A stretch of DNA of 64,000 nucleotides from the NCBI GenBank assembly GCA_963514005.1, contig OY740783.1:79918001-79982000 (forward strand), read 5' to 3'. Both the position numbers and the translations under genes were made by a program. Positions 12,877 to 26,959 of the stretch are shown here, in pieces (the first letter of the stretch is position 1; each line of letters begins with the position of its first letter). The DNA comes from Raja brachyura. Taxonomy: Eukaryota. Below the pieces are notes generated by a model. It had not been told where the DNA came from, did no database searches, and saw only the letters and a program-made list of their open reading frames with translations.

Positions 12877-14468
12877 TAAATGGGAGATGCCAGAGAGTAA
12901 TGGTGGATGGCTGTTTGTCGGGTTGGAAGCCGGTGACCAGTGGGGTGCCTCGGGGATCTGTGTTGGGTCCACTGTTGTTTGTCATGTACATCAATGATCT
13001 GGATGATGGGGTGGAAAATTAGATAAGTAAGTATGCAGATGATACTAAGATAGGTGGTGTTGTGGATAATGAAGTAGATTTTCAAAGTCTACAGAGAGAT
13101 TTGGGCCATTTGGAAGAATGGGCTGAAAGGTGGCAGATGGAGTTTAATGCTGATAAGTGTGAAGTGCTACATCTTGGCAGGACAAATCAAAATAGGATGT
13201 ACATGGTAAATGGTAGGGAATTGAGGAATGCTGTGGAACAGAGGGATCTAGGAATAACTGTGCATAGTTCCCTGAAGGTGGAATCGCATGTAGATAGGGT
13301 GGTAAAGAAAGTTTTTGGTGTGCTGGCCTTTATAAATCAGAGCATTGAATATAGGAGTAGGGAAGTAATGTTAAAATTGTACAAGGCATTGGTGAGACCA
13401 ATTCTGGAGTATGGTGTACAATGTCAAAGTCAAAAGAGTTTATTGTCATGTGTCCCTGACAGGACAATGAAAATCTTTCTTTGCATAGCACAACAGAACA
13501 TAGAAGGCATTGACTACAATTCTATACATAAATACACCCATGAATTAATAAATTAATAAAGTGCAAATAACAGATGGAGGGATATTAATGTTCAGAGTTC
13601 TGAGCCAGGTTTAATAGCCTGATGGCTGTGGGGAAGTAGATATTCCTAAACTGGGTTGTTGCATTCTTCAGGCTCCAGTACCTTCTACCCGAAGGTAGCA
13701 GGGAGATGAGTGTGTGGCCAGGGTGGTGTGGGTTCTTGATGATGCTGTCAGCCTTTTTGAGGCAGCGACTGTGATAAATCCCCTCGATGGAAGGAAGGTC
13801 AGAGCCGATGATGGACTGGGCAGTGTTTACTACTTTTTATAGTCTTTTCCCCTCCAGGGCGCTCAAGTTGCCGAACAAGTCAGCAAGCTCTCTACTGTGC
13901 ACCTGTAGAAGTTAGAGAGAGTCCTCCTTGACAGACCAACTCTCTGTAATCTTCTCAGGAAGTAGAGGCACTGATGAGCTTTCTTAATAATTGCATCTGT
14001 GTTCTCGGACCAGGAAAGATCTTCACAGAAGATCTAATTATAGGAAGGATGTCAACAAAATAGAGAGTACAGAGGAGATTTACTAGAATGTTGCCTGGGT
14101 TCCAGCAACTAAGTTACAGAGAAAGGTTGAACAAGTTAGGTCTTTATTCTTTGGAGCGCAGAAGGTTAAGGGGGGACTTGATTGAGGTCTTTAAAATGAT
14201 GAAAGGGATAGACAGAGTTGACGTGGATAAGCTTTTCCCATTGAGGGTAGGGAAGATTCAAACAAGAGGGCATGACATGAGAATTAAGGGACCGAAGTTT
14301 AAGGGTATCATGAGGGGGAACTTCTTTACTTGGAGTGGTGGTTGTGTGGAATGAGCTTCCAGCAGAAGTGGTGGAGACAGGATCGATTTTAACATTTAAA
14401 AGTAAAGTGGATAGGTATATGGGCGGGAAGGGAATGGCCTGTTTCCGTGCTGTAATTGTTTTATGGTT
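12877..14468 (+). mobile_element. Young CR1 subfamily, 5'-truncated, split by an insertion
   Basis: Nearly identical to 43127-44281; GVP.GSVLGP, YADDTKIGG, LYSLERRRLRGDLIEV. Confidence 0.95.
13423..14030 (-). mobile_element. Rex1/Babar-type LINE 3' fragment inserted in CR1
   Basis: Breaks CR1 between GGTGTACAAT and CTAATTATAGG; reverse strand reads LYFLRRL and LSNFYRCTVESLL; TGACAATAAA tail; same family as 61706-62025. Confidence 0.85.
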
Positions 14469-14729
14469 AAACAAGGAAAGTGTGCAAAGGAAGGCAAGTG
14501 AGGTTGAAACAACAGGGATTCAAGGTCTTCTCCCCCTCCCAAGTGCATATCTGGCTAATGTGCAGTTTATGGAAAACAGACATGACTGGTGTAGTGACCT
14601 CATGCTCCCCGGACCTGGAATACCTGACAGTGAAGTGCCGTCCCTACTACCTGTAGAGGGAATTCACTTCACCTATCCTGACAGCAGTCTCCATCCCTTC
14701 CCATGCAGATGCCAAAATTGCTCTGAATG

Positions 14730-17090
14730 AACTGTACTCTGCTATCAACAGCCTTGAGACAAAACACCCCAAAGCCGTGGTCATTGAAGCCAGACACTTC
14801 AATCAAGCCAACCTCAGGAGTGTAGTACCAAAGTACTATCAGCAAGTCTCTTGTCCTACCATGGGCCAGAACACCATTGATACACATCAATAGAAAAAGC
14901 CCTGTTCCTCAACCACAGTTCAGGAAATATGATCACCTAGCTGGGCTTCTGCTCCCTGCCTACAAGGAGGAAGATCCGAAACAGAAACTTATGTCGGTGG
15001 ACAAGGATGACAATCTACGCGACTGCTTTGAGTCAATGGACTGGTCCATATTCAGGGATTCTGCAGCTAACCTGAATGAGTATGCCACTGCCGTGACTGA
15101 CCTCATCAGCAAGTGGATAGAAGAATGCATACAAAAGAAGACGATCTGAGTGTTCCCCAACTGGAAACCATGGATGAACCATGAGGTACATTCCCAGGTG
15201 AAGGCCAGGCTTGCTGCATACAAGACAAACAATCCTGCGTGTTAGAAGGCTCTCTCTGATCTTCGCAAAGCCATCAAGAATGGCAAGAGACAATACACTT
15301 GAGTCCCAGTGTAATTATTCGGACGCCCACAGTCTGTGGCAAGGTCTGAAAACTATAAATGGTGACAAAGTCAGGCAGCATCGCTGGTGAAGGGTGTGCG
15401 GCCCTCCCTGATGAACATGATGGATTCTATGCTCGTTTTGAGCACAAGACCAAGTCTCAAGTGAAAATGACTCAAGTGTGCCTCTTCCCAGGATCACAGT
15501 TGCAGAAGTTTGAACAGCCTTCCTGAGGGTGATCCCATGGATAGCAACTGGCCTAGAGTCCCTGGCCGCGTCCTTAGCAACTGCACAGACCAACTAGGTG
15601 GAGTTTTGTCCAGCAACAGACATCTTTACTCTCTCCCTCTCCTTTCTGAAGTACCCACCTGCTTTAAAAAGACCACCATCATCCTAGTGCCGAAGAACAG
15701 CACGATTTCATGCCTTAATGAGTCAAGTCCAGGCCCAATCATCATGAAGTGCTTTGAGAAGCTAGTTATGGAATGCATTAAATCCAGTCTATCCAGTGGC
15801 CTTGACCCACTGCAGCTTGCCTAACACCACAACAGGTCAACGGATGACGCAATATTCCTGGCACTACACTCATCCCTGGAACACTTGAATAAGAGAGACA
15901 CCTACATCAGACTTTGATTCATAGAGTACAGCTCTGCTTTCAATACCAATATCCCATCCAAGCTCATCTCCAAACTCATGGAACTTGGAATCAGCATTCA
16001 TCCCTGCAGCTGGACTCTCGACTTCCTGACCAACGGCCACAGCCAGCGAAGATAGGTGACAAAACAAAAGCTTTTCAGTGTACCTCGGTACATGTGACAA
16101 TAAACTAACTAAAAACTTTAAATGATAATCCTCTGTACTGGTGCGCTACAAGGAAGTGTTCTCAGGCCCCTTCCTTATTCTTTATACACCCACTAGTGTG
16201 CCGCTAAATACAATTCCAATGTAATTTAAAAAATTGCAGTTTACACCACCATTGTGAGCTGGATATCAAATAATGATATGGAGTACAGGAAGGAGATTGA
16301 GAACCTTGTCACCTGGTTCCAAGACGACCTTTCCCTCAATGTCAGCAAGACAAAGGAGATAGTGATCGATTTCAGGAAGCGAAGGGGTACACATAGTTCA
16401 GTGCTAAAGTAGAGATGGTTGAAAGCTTCAAGTTCCTTGGAGTAAATATCACCTACAACTTGTCCTGAACCACGCATATTGAAGCATTAGCCAAGAAAAT
16501 ACACCAATGGCTCTATTTCCTTCGAAGGCTTAGGAAGTTTTGCATGTCCCTGACAACTCTCACCAACTTCTACAGTTGCATCATTGAAAGCAATTTATTG
16601 GGATGCATCACAACATGGTTTGGGAACAGGCCCATCCAAGAACGTAAGATACTGCAGATATTTGTGGATGCAGCCCAGACCATCACGCAAATCAAGCTCC
16701 CTCCATTAACTCCATCTACGCTTCAATTCAGCAACACCACCAGCATATTCAAGATTATCTTACCCTGGCCACTCCCTCTCGCCCCTCTCTCATCAGGCAA
16801 GAGGTACAGAAGTGTGAAAACACACACCTCCAGAATCATGAACAGATTTTTCTCAGCTGTTATCATGCAACTGAACCATCCTATCATCAACTAGAGAGCG
16901 GTCCTGAGCTACCATCTACCTCATTGGAGACCCTGGTTTATCTTGAATCAGACTTCAATGGACTTGTATTGCACTGTGGATGGATTGATTGTAATTGGGT
17001 ATAGTCTTCCTGTTGACTGGACAGCACACAACAAAAAAGCTTTTCACTGTCTCGGTACACATGACAATAAACTAAACTAAACTAAATTAA
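14730..17090 (+). mobile_element. Rex1/Babar-clade LINE, decayed
   Basis: LRDCFESMDWSIF, KPWM, PTCFKKTTIILVPK, IMKCFEKLV, LDPLQ, SSAFNT, KTKEIVIDFRK and LTNFY motifs; tail TTTCACTGT..GGTACACATGACAATAAA(CTAAA)n; an extra tail copy sits at about 16062-16113. Confidence 0.9.
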
Positions 17091-18267
17091 GAAATTACAT
17101 GCAGAAGGATTTTGTAAACTTTCCTCTTGTTGCTCTTTTCCTCAGAATCACTATTTTTAAAAAAACTAATTTATTTTAGATTTGCAGCATCTGCAGTTAT
17201 TTTTAATTTTCACATTTAACTTTAGGAGGACAATGGCTAGATGATTAATTCAACCAAAGGAAGTGGCAGCTTTCAAAGCCCAGTTCCTCATTCAGCATTT
17301 TTGAAATCTATGTAAAAATTGACAGAAGCTCAAGTTGCATTGAATATAAAATTTTAGTGGTTGAGCTGTTTTATGCGATCTATAGAGAAAGAAACTGCAC
17401 AAACACAAAGGTCTCATAGTCTTTGTTGTCATCCAGATTTTTAATTCATGGTACCTAATTATTAATTGTCCAAAACAAAATTACAAATATCAGCAGGTGG
17501 TTTTTTTGCTCAATTAAACTGAGTTGGTTTTGTTGGCACATTTTCAAATGAGTCAAAAGCGATTAATTGCCTTGTATACCAAAACGGAACTACCTTAGTA
17601 CACACTATGCATTGCAAAGCTAATGACGCATGTCAGAACACTTTCAGATCATTATACTCCAACAAGAGCTTCAGCTAGTGAGGACATGTAACAGAAATTA
17701 CTTGGTAGAATTCTTGGGGAAGGCAGGCAATTGCTTCTTGTATTATTAGTTTGATTTCCTCTTCCAGCATATTGTTCAGTTACTGTGTTTACTCTGAATA
17801 AAATATCATCTGTTTTCCAAATATTCTGTTTCCACTTGCTTTGCTGACCATTTTTCACAAGGAGAAGCATGGATGGTTTTGGGGGACTTTGAGAGAATGC
17901 CTTTAACTGTATGAAATGTGCTGATATTCAGATTTAGCCACAGGTTGCAACCAATGGTTTAGACTATAATACAAGTACAAGTTATTTCAAGATTCCTCAA
18001 ATCACAAGCATGAAATTTATATCAATTTATTTAAAACCTCCACATCCTGTTCTCTCATGTTATTTTGTACCTGGCTTGCTACAAATGGTTAGCCTGAAGT
18101 GTTGGTGATGGTGATACTGTAAAAGTTGGAGGGATATTAAAACTCGGCATTGCCTACAAGGATTGTCATTTTGCAAGAGGTGACAGGATGAATAGATTCA
18201 ATGGGCTTGAGCCATAGATAACCAAGTGACAGGAAATGCCAAGTCATTCAGGAAGATTTCTGAAGAT

Positions 18268-18420
18268 AGACACAATGCTGGAGTAACTCAGCGGGACAGG
18301 CAGCATCTCTGGAGAAAAGGAATGGGTGACGTTTCAGGTCGGGACCCCTGAAGAAGGGTCTTGACCAAAAACGTCACCCATTCCTTTTCAAACCAACATC
18401 TGCAGTTCCTTCCTGCACAG
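18268..18420. mobile_element. Palindromic mini-Penelope
   Basis: Head-to-head Penelope termini; CTGAAGAAGGGTCTTGACCAAAAACGTC at 18348. Confidence 0.8.
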
Positions 18421-18879
18421 AAAGATACCTAGTTTGATATTGTTCATTGCTTTGCTACTGGGCTTCCTTCGTCAAAGTTTGTTTTAGATATTTTTCTGGT
18501 GCAACAATGGACTTGGTTATAACTATATTTCAATCTACTGGCTAAAATTTTCTCAAGCTGCTTTTTGCCAGACTGCCATCTCGTCCTGAATGAGGAGCAG
18601 GTCAACAATTCATCAACAATTAATAACTTGTCAAGGAATCAAATCTCACAGTTACTGAGACAATCAACAACTGTTCTACAATTAATCCTGAAGCCTAAAA
18701 AATAAAGCATTAGTGATGCATTGCTCTTTCTCATTTATTGCAGCAGCCATCTCAGCTATCAATATTAGCAGATAGCAGTTGCATCGATTGGAACCCTGAT
18801 TGAAGGTAAATGTCTGCTCGTGGTTCACAGAATTTCACCACTTTCTGAATTGTTTTTACAGGTGTCCACTGGATGTAGA

Positions 18880-19280
18880 AGCACTGCTGGCATTATTGCC
18901 CATCCCTAATTAGTCCTGAAACAAGGTAAGTAACATGTTTGCAAATCACATATAGGCCAGAAATGGTAAGTGTAGCAGGTTTCCTTCCCAGGAGGATGCT
19001 ATTGAAGCAGAGGGATTTCTACAACTAATTGGCAGTCTCCTGGTTGCTGCAACTGATAAATAACTTTGTTTTTAATCCAAGATTTCTTTAAAATGTAATT
19101 CCCCAACTGCTGAAGACACAAAATGCTGGAGTAACTCAGTGGGGCAGGCAGCATCTCTGAAGAGAAGGAATGGGTGACATTGTGGGTTGAGACCATTCTT
19201 CAGATTCCCAAACTGCTGTGGTGGGATTTGAACTCTTGTCAATGTTACAGAGATCTGATTTCTAGACAGATCATTTAACT
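18880..19280 (-). mobile_element. Old SINE-like repeat, interrupted by a Penelope end (19113-19204)
   Basis: TTATTGCCCATCCCTAATT is complementary to the LINE tail at about 11450; GTGGGATTTGAAC resembles a reverse B box. Confidence 0.5.
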
Positions 19281-19651
19281 ACTATGCAGCTGAACCATAA
19301 GATAGAGCAATTCATTCAGTAGTTGAAGAAATACGAAAGACAAGCATACTTAATGTTTAATTACAATTTTCTGAAAAGAAAGGAAGTCTTGACATTCACT
19401 TGTAATGCTTCAACTAATGACGAATGTCATTTTATAATGATTTTCAATTCATAGAGGCTATGCAGTGAAATGGAGAATAGATGTGTGCAAAATCTTACAA
19501 AGTGAAATAAGTCTGTGGTTTTGATATTTGATATGTGTTGGCCAGGGTACCAGAGAAAACCCTTTACACTTCTCCAAGTGTCATCATGGAACACACTGCA
19601 TCCAAATAGGCAGGGAGACAAGAATATTACTTAAGAATACATTTGAAAGGT

Positions 19652-20215
19652 TCATAAGTCATAGGAGCAGAATTAGGCCATTCGATCCAGCAAGTTTACT
19701 ACACCATTCAATCACGGCTGATTTATCTTTTTCTCCCAAACCCATTCTGCTGCCTTCTTCCCATAACCCTTGATACTCTTACTAATTTAGAATCTGGCAA
19801 TCCCCACCTTAAAGATACCCAATGACAGCCTCCATTGCTGTCTAATGAATTCCACAGATTCACCACCCTCTGACTAAAGACATTCCTCCTTACCTCCTTT
19901 CTAAAGGAACATCTTTGTATTCTGAGCCCTCTGGTCCAAGCCTCTCCCACTAGTAGACATCTTCTCCATATACACTCCATCCAGGACGTTCACTATTCAG
20001 TACGTTTGAATGAGGTCCTCTTCATTCTAAATTCCAGCGAGTACAGGCCCAGTGATGGCAAACGCTCATCATACATTAACGTATCATCCCCACCATCATT
20101 CTTGTAAACCTCCTCTGGATTCTCTCCAATGCCAGCACATCCTTCCTCAGGTATAAGGCCCCAAACTGCTCACGATACTCCAACTGCAGTCTGACTAGTG
20201 CTTTACAAATCCGCA
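19652..20215 (-). mobile_element. CR1 3' fragment
   Basis: FSQRVVNLWNSL; similar to 2985-3560. Confidence 0.9.
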
Positions 20216-22611
20216 TTAGCACTTCCAAAACCGCAGCATTTCCACATTACCACACTGGACATAAGCCTAACTTGGATAGTTATTTATTTATTGTCACACA
20301 TGCAACATAGTAAAATTAATTTTGCCTAGATAATGTGCAAAGTCATTGAACAGTTTTCCAACTTTGAAGCAAGAAACAACAACCAAGTACCAACGTGTGG
20401 CTGATTCCAAGAGGTTTTATGTACACAATACAAGAAAAACCATGATATTTGATTTCTCTCCAAAATGCAAGCTGACCTGCAAGGTCTCAAAACCAGAAAT
20501 GGGTATGGTGACCCTCCAAAGAGAATATAATTTATACCTCCCATAACTTTTTGTAGCACAAGTTTGGTTAATAACAAACATAATGTGCTTAAACTCCTTA
20601 CCTGAAGAAGACTTGGTTTCCATCATTGATAATAGCTCATCATAAACAGCATCTTCCACACAACCCTAGGCATCTCGGCTCTCAGGGTGGAAAGTGACCT
20701 ACGTGTGGACTGGGTCAATAAAATGTGATGCAAGGACAACAAGTCACAAAAAGAATGAATGGGAGACGCTGGCACATAAAAGCATGCATTTTAAATGAAG
20801 AAAGTGAATGTTTCAACGATATTTTAATTTTATTTACGTCCTGAGTGTCAATGGTATTCATAGATAAGTTTGATTTCAATATACCTGCAGTTATTTTGGT
20901 TAAATAAAAAGTTCAGAGCCAATTTTACAGTTTTACACCACATAGGAAACTGTAGCAACTGATGAATGCTTCCGGTTTGAGTAGTGGGGATTAATCAGTG
21001 ACAAGAACACTGTTTGGTTTTTCATACCCCTAGCTGAGGACCCCTAGCTGGGACAGTCAATGCCCCTATCCCATCCTTCTGAATGCAGCCCACAATGGGA
21101 ATCAAATCCAAGGCTTCTATGGTCTCTGTAACTTAATTCCCCAGATCAGGCTTGGCAGTAAAGTGAGTAATTTGGCCTTCCAGGAACGTCATCTGTTCTC
21201 CATTATATCTCTAAAAAATGACAAAACTGCAACATCTACTAACTGTTGGATGTTGCTTAGAGAACACATTTCTCACAATGACAACTCAATAAAACATTGA
21301 TCTACCAACCTGGCTCAACCTTGCACACATTTTACAAACTGACGACAAAGAGACTTAACAAGATACAGGAACCCACTAAACACAAATATTTGTGAAAGGA
21401 CTCCCGATTCAAAATATGACGTTTTAAATTGAATAATTAATTTTGAACAAACATTTTTTGAATTCTTAACTATGTTTCCCAACCCTTAACATCAGATAAT
21501 ATAAACTTTACTATTACACAATGTTCTGTTCAGAAAATGACAATGATAGAAGTTAACAGATGTATATCATGGGTAATCTTTCCAGCTGTATTTAATTCTC
21601 AGCATTAGATGCTCAATATATTGTTTTGTATTACTTTGTGCATAATTCACTTAGTGCCACTCATATCAAGTGTAACATCCACTGCTTCAGAAATATAATA
21701 AAACTTAAAAAATAACCAAATTGGCAGGCTCCAGTCAGACTGCCCGCTTTTATAGAGTGCAATATGAGCCACAATGAGTTATGAGATAGGAAGCAAAAAC
21801 ATATCCACTGACTTCTATCTGATTCATCTTGTTTTGCTGGTAAAAGTCATAAAAATATTACATTATTGCGAAGTTGCCAAATGTCACTGCTATTGCAATT
21901 TCCACACATTTTTTTTGAAATGCATAACCTCTACCATATGTCCTACTGTGTAAAAAAAGTTGAGTATGAAATCACTTGGAGAAGGGCACTCGATTGAGGC
22001 TAGCAACTTTAAAAGTTTGCATTTCTAGGCCAATATCAGAAATAGGTCCAATAATGTATCCAACATGGCAAACACACCTCCCCATTCACAATAAAATTAT
22101 TTCACCCCAAGCAACCACAGCCTTCAAAAATATTATTTTGAATGTGGGTTTTACAAAGTTGTCCTTCTGAAAGGGAATTTCTTGCACAATCATGAAATTC
22201 ACCTTCATACAACTTGGATGTTATGTTGGTGGACAGTGGTTCCAGGATTTTTTTTTCATTATTTAAGTTTACTGTATGGAAATCATCTTGACTTATGATG
22301 GAAGTAAAAATTCATAAAACCTCAGCCAACTTGCATTCTTCAAATTCAATCCTACCTGAGATAATCCTTATCTTTCAATCCAAAATCCAAGTTTCTGTTT
22401 AAATTATTCATATTCACTTTTTTCTTGTTTCAAAAATCTGAACCTTTGGGATTTAAAAGTTTGTTTTAGCTATTAAATATTGAGGCTTGTTGTGACTATC
22501 AAACTCACCCTCTATGGCCCTGGGAAGCAGGCTATATTCTTAATCATTGTGATTTCATGAAAGGTAGATTTGAATTTAATTTTGACAACCCCTCTTGATA
22601 AAATAGCCTAT

Positions 22612-22700
22612 AGGAAGAAGGGTCTCGACCCGAGACGTCACCCATCCCTTCCATAGATGATGCCTCACCCGTTGAGTTACTCCAGCATTTTGTGTCCACC
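22612..22700 (+). mobile_element. Penelope terminal fragment
   Basis: GAAGAAGGGTCTCGACCCGAGACGTCACCC...GAGTTACTCCAGCATTTTGTGTC. Confidence 0.8.
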
Positions 22701-23002
22701 CTGTACATTAACTGTCTCCAGCATACAAACAAAAATTGCCCATTTGATCTACACCTAATTCTGGTTATCCCTTTAGGAGAAAGGAAAATACATTACTTAG
22801 CAGAAATAGTGACTATCGGTTTTACACTCTGACTCGAAAAGATCTAAAGTATATATTAAGAATCAGCTTGTGCTTTAATTAGTAAAAATGAGTTATTGCA
22901 CATAACTGAAAAATATTGCAGGATTAATTTCCCACTTCGTCCCACCCAGCAAAAATATATAGTACTTATTTAATCACCAAAATAATATTTACAAAATTTG
23001 GA

Positions 23003-23246
23003 GACACAAGGAACAGCAGATGCTAGAATTTTGAGTAAAATGCAAAGTGCTGGATTAACTCAGTGGGTCAGGCAGCATCTCTGGAGGACATGGATAGGCA
23101 ACATTTCAGACCGGATTCCTTCTTCAGACTGAGTGGAATTGCTGCTAGAGTTCATGCAGAGGCCATTAACCATCAATGTAAGATGAAGGTCTTAACCCAA
23201 AACGTTGCCTATCCATTTCCTCCAGAGATGCTGTCTGACCCGCTGA
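23003..23246. mobile_element. Palindromic mini-Penelope, degenerate
   Basis: Inverted terminal halves at 23003-23130 and 23180-23246. Confidence 0.72.
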
Positions 23247-23549
23247 CAGCACTGTCCCAGTTCTTAAAAAAATGTTATTTCTACATTTTGGAGGGAAAGA
23301 AGTCAAGAAATGAACCTTCTCTGCAACTCAAATCTTGACCACTGTAAAAAACCTATTTTATTAATTTAGCATATGTATACTCACAATGCTATTAAAAAAA
23401 ATCCTTAATCATTAAGTGAAGATACTTGAATCTACTGTTAAATGTAATTAGTGAATATTGCTTGGCAATATGCATTGAGAACAGATTCACAGCGGCTTAA
23501 TAACTCACATAGGAGGAAGACAATTTTTGACATATCAGATTTTTGACTC

Positions 23550-23868
23550 TTGTCATTCATAATCGATCCTCGTGGTCCACCACATTTTGTAATCTTCATT
23601 CCTGGACGTTCAAGTCATCAAACCAGGGCATGATGCAAACAGTCAATATGTCCGCTAGCAATCACTTGTAGAAGTTCAAGAGAGTATTCGTCGATATACC
23701 AAATCTCCTCAATCTTCGGCGCTGTCATCATGTCTTCCATCTGCACTCAAATTCTGGGGAAACATACCAAACACACCAGATTTATACTTGAAAATATCGA
23801 CTTTGGCTGCTTGTACTGTATGCATTCCTACAACTCCCACTCCACCAGATACTTCATACATTAATTGA
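23550..23868 (+). pseudogene. Fossil hAT transposase C-terminus (dimerization domain)
   Basis: Manual translation gives FIIDPRG (LDPR-like) at about 23556 and, from 23671, EVQESIRRY...ALKFWGNIPNTPDLYLKISTLAACTVCIPTTPTPPD, matching the pattern FW..YP.L..LA...L.IP.TS. Confidence 0.6.
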
Positions 23869-24831
23869 TGGTTAATGGGTTCTGTATGACATCTAATCGG
23901 CATTCCCACTCAGCAACACTATAAATGTGGTAGCTTACAGAAACTCATATCTTGCCTAACAAGGCTGACTGATACTAGATCAATGACCTTCAATGTGGTA
24001 TCCCATGTTGTACGTCCAATGTACGTCCAATGTATGACCATACCACGGTCATGTGAGTGACTGTTGAAAATGAAACCTGATATGCTCGGAGCACAAGATG
24101 TCATTGAAAGTTGAACATTTGGTGCAAAATATCAATCAGCTTTCTAGTGTTTATTGGGGACAAACCGTCCTTCCTTATTTACCCCACTTTGCAGGCTACG
24201 TGAATAGTGATCTCACAAACTGGGAAAAAAAATCATTTAAATGTTGGAACAGCAGACCGAAAAGCGATGTGACCTGACCGGAGACTTGTACTGATATTAC
24301 TCTCTCAGACTCTGCTAGGGTTTTCAGAAGGATCGGGACTCAAGGGTCAGGAGTTAATTAAGGCTTTTTATTAGCTAATTTTGTTCATTATTAATAAACT
24401 AAGGCTGTTGTCTCCTTTCATTTGATTGTATTTTACCTCTTGTTTGGCCTCAACAGGTGACTGCCAATTCATGATTGAGCTTGTGGCACAAATGGCCATA
24501 GCAGTTCCTTACACATGGCAAGTGACCTTTCTGGGTTACCCTTATATTAATTAAATTAGGCATTTCTTCACTGAAAGTTAAACATTTGCTCCAAATGAGC
24601 CACTTGATTATTGTAACCCTTCCTCTCTCTCTCTCTTCAATTGGTCTTCTTAATCATAAGTATTCAACTGTTGTGGGTCACATCATTTTAACAGTTTACT
24701 GATACTTCACCAATATAGAGCACTGAAATATTTTGGCCGCCTCTTCCACCACCCCCTTCACTCACTGACTTTTATGAATGTTCATGATGTTCACCTGCAG
24801 TACATTATCTTTCCAAGGGAAACTATTTGAG

Positions 24832-25845
24832 AAACATCGAAACATAGAAAATGGGTGCAGGAGGAGGCCATTTGGCTTTTGAGCCAACACCGCCATTCAT
24901 TGTAATCATGGCTGATCATCCACAATCAGTAACCCATGCATGTTTTCTCCCCATATCCCTTGATTCTGCTAAACCCTATATCTAACTCTCTTTTAAATTC
25001 ATCCAGTGAATTGGCCTTTACTGCCTTCTGGGGCAGTGAATACAAGCCCAATCTTTCCAATCTTTCCTCAAATGTCAGTCATATGATATGCTGGGAATTA
25101 ACCTCATGAACCGACTCTGCACTGCCTCAATAGCAAGGATGTCCTTCCTCAAATTAGGAGACCAAAACTGCACACTATACTTCTACTCACCAGGACCCTG
25201 TACAACTGCAGAAAGACCTGTTTACTCCTCTACTCAAATCCTCTCGTTATGAATGCCAACATGCTATTTGCTTTCTTCACTGCCTGCTGGACCAGCATGT
25301 TTACTTTCAGTGACTGATGTACAAGGACATCCAGGTCTCATTGCACTTCCCTTTTTCCTAATCTGGCACCATAATAATAACTTCACATTTATATACATTA
25401 TACTGCATCTGCCATGCAGCTGCCCACTTACTTAACCTGTCCAAGTCACCCTGCAACCTCCTAGATTCCTCTTCGCAGTTCACACTGCCACCCAGCTTTG
25501 TATCACCTGCCAATTTGCTAGTGTTACTTTTAATTCTATCATCTAAATCATTCATATATATTGTAAATAATTGCGGCCCCAGCACCAAGCCTTGCGGCAC
25601 TCCACTCGCCGCTGCCTACCATTCTGACAGGGACCCATTTATTCCTACTCTTTGTTTCCTGTCTGCCAACCAATTCTCAATCCGTGTCAATACCCTACCC
25701 CCAATACCATGTACTCTAATTATTCCCACTAATCTTGTGTGTAGGTTCTTATCAAAGGTTTTCTGAAAGTCCAGATACACTACATCCACTGGCTCACCTT
25801 CATCCATTTTACTTGTCACATCCCCAAAAAATTCCAGAAGATTAC
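24832..25845 (-). mobile_element. CR1 LINE fragment with internal deletions
   Basis: VYLDFQKTFDK, PQGLVLGPQLFTIY and DTKLGG; ACATAGAAA tail. Confidence 0.92.
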
Positions 25846-26019
25846 ATTATTCCTGAAAGTCCTGGAATGCAAAGTCCAGGATGTACTTTAGCAGCTGCTG
25901 AACATTGGCTGGAAATTTGGAAAGTGCAGCGGATAACTCACAATCATTTAAATTTGAAAGAATGCAAATCGGCAGATCTTCAGAAGGGTGAGGACATTTG
26001 GTCCCTTCTCATGATCAGT

Positions 26020-26950
26020 GATATTGAGGCTTTGGAAAGGGTCCACAGCACAGCTACATGAATGATTCTTTCCTTCAAAAACAACAACTACTTAGTTAAG
26101 CACAAATATTTAAAGGGCCTGTCCCACTTGGGCGTCCTAAACCGCGAGCTCTGACAAGTTTGCCCTCAACTCATACTTGCAGCATGGTCACCAAGAGGTC
26201 ATAGGAGGTCTTTGTAACTCTCCTTCATGCTCGAGAGTGGTCTCTGTATAGTCAAGTCCTCAGCTAGGTTGTGGCGGTTTTTTTCAATATGTTTTAAAAT
26301 GCCCGCAAGTAAAAAAGGTTGCCAGGTAAAAAATCTATACATTTTTACTCGTAGGTTTAGTCGTAGTAGGTCGGCATGTTAGTCGTAGGTAATCAGGGGT
26401 AGTCAAGGGTAGTCATAGATAGTCTTCATCATAGTCAAAGGGAGGTCAAAGGAGATTGAAGGAAGTCGTCTTCACTCTCCACTATTCAGTGTCCAATTTT
26501 CCCGAAGTTAGTCGTAGCTAGTCGAAGCTGGTCTTCAATATAGTCGAAGGAGGTCGAAGGAGGTCTTCTACAAAGTCGAAGGAGGTCATCAACATGCCAT
26601 TTTTTTCAAACTATTCTAAACTTACCAATTAGGTCGCTCAAGTGGGACAGCCCCTTAACTCTATTTACAGTAGAACAACATAGGTATTGAGATGAATTGA
26701 TAAAAATCTACAAATAAGGCAGAGAATATTGTTCCAATTGGCAGATTCTTCCAGTTTAAAGTATTGTGGAAACCCATTTAATGTTCAAGAAACCAGGAAA
26801 TACGAACTTGAACTATGGAAGTAGCAGGGAATAGACTGAATATTAGATGATTCATTTCATGGAGTGGTGAACCCATTGAATACATTGTCCACTCTCTACC
26901 ACTATTAAGAAGTTGAAATGGTTTTTGGCTGAGACCGGAATTACATCATG
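26020..26950 (+). mobile_element. Old CR1-like 3' fragment split by a MITE
   Basis: DIEALERVH..AT before the MITE; LFTVEQHR..ELIKIYK-like sequence after it. Confidence 0.55.
26114..26655. mobile_element. PIF/Harbinger-type MITE, 542 bp
   Basis: TIRs AGGGCCTGTCCCACTTG and CAAGTGGGACAGCCCCT, TAA TSD at 26111-26113 and 26656-26658; internal GTCGAAGGAG repeats. Confidence 0.9.
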
Positions 26951-26959
26951 TTGAACTTA

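Noticed and set aside
23709-24104. Minus-strand ORFs initially suspected to be an endogenous viral fragment
   Set aside because: No viral motif recognised; the plus strand is better explained as a hAT transposase remnant.
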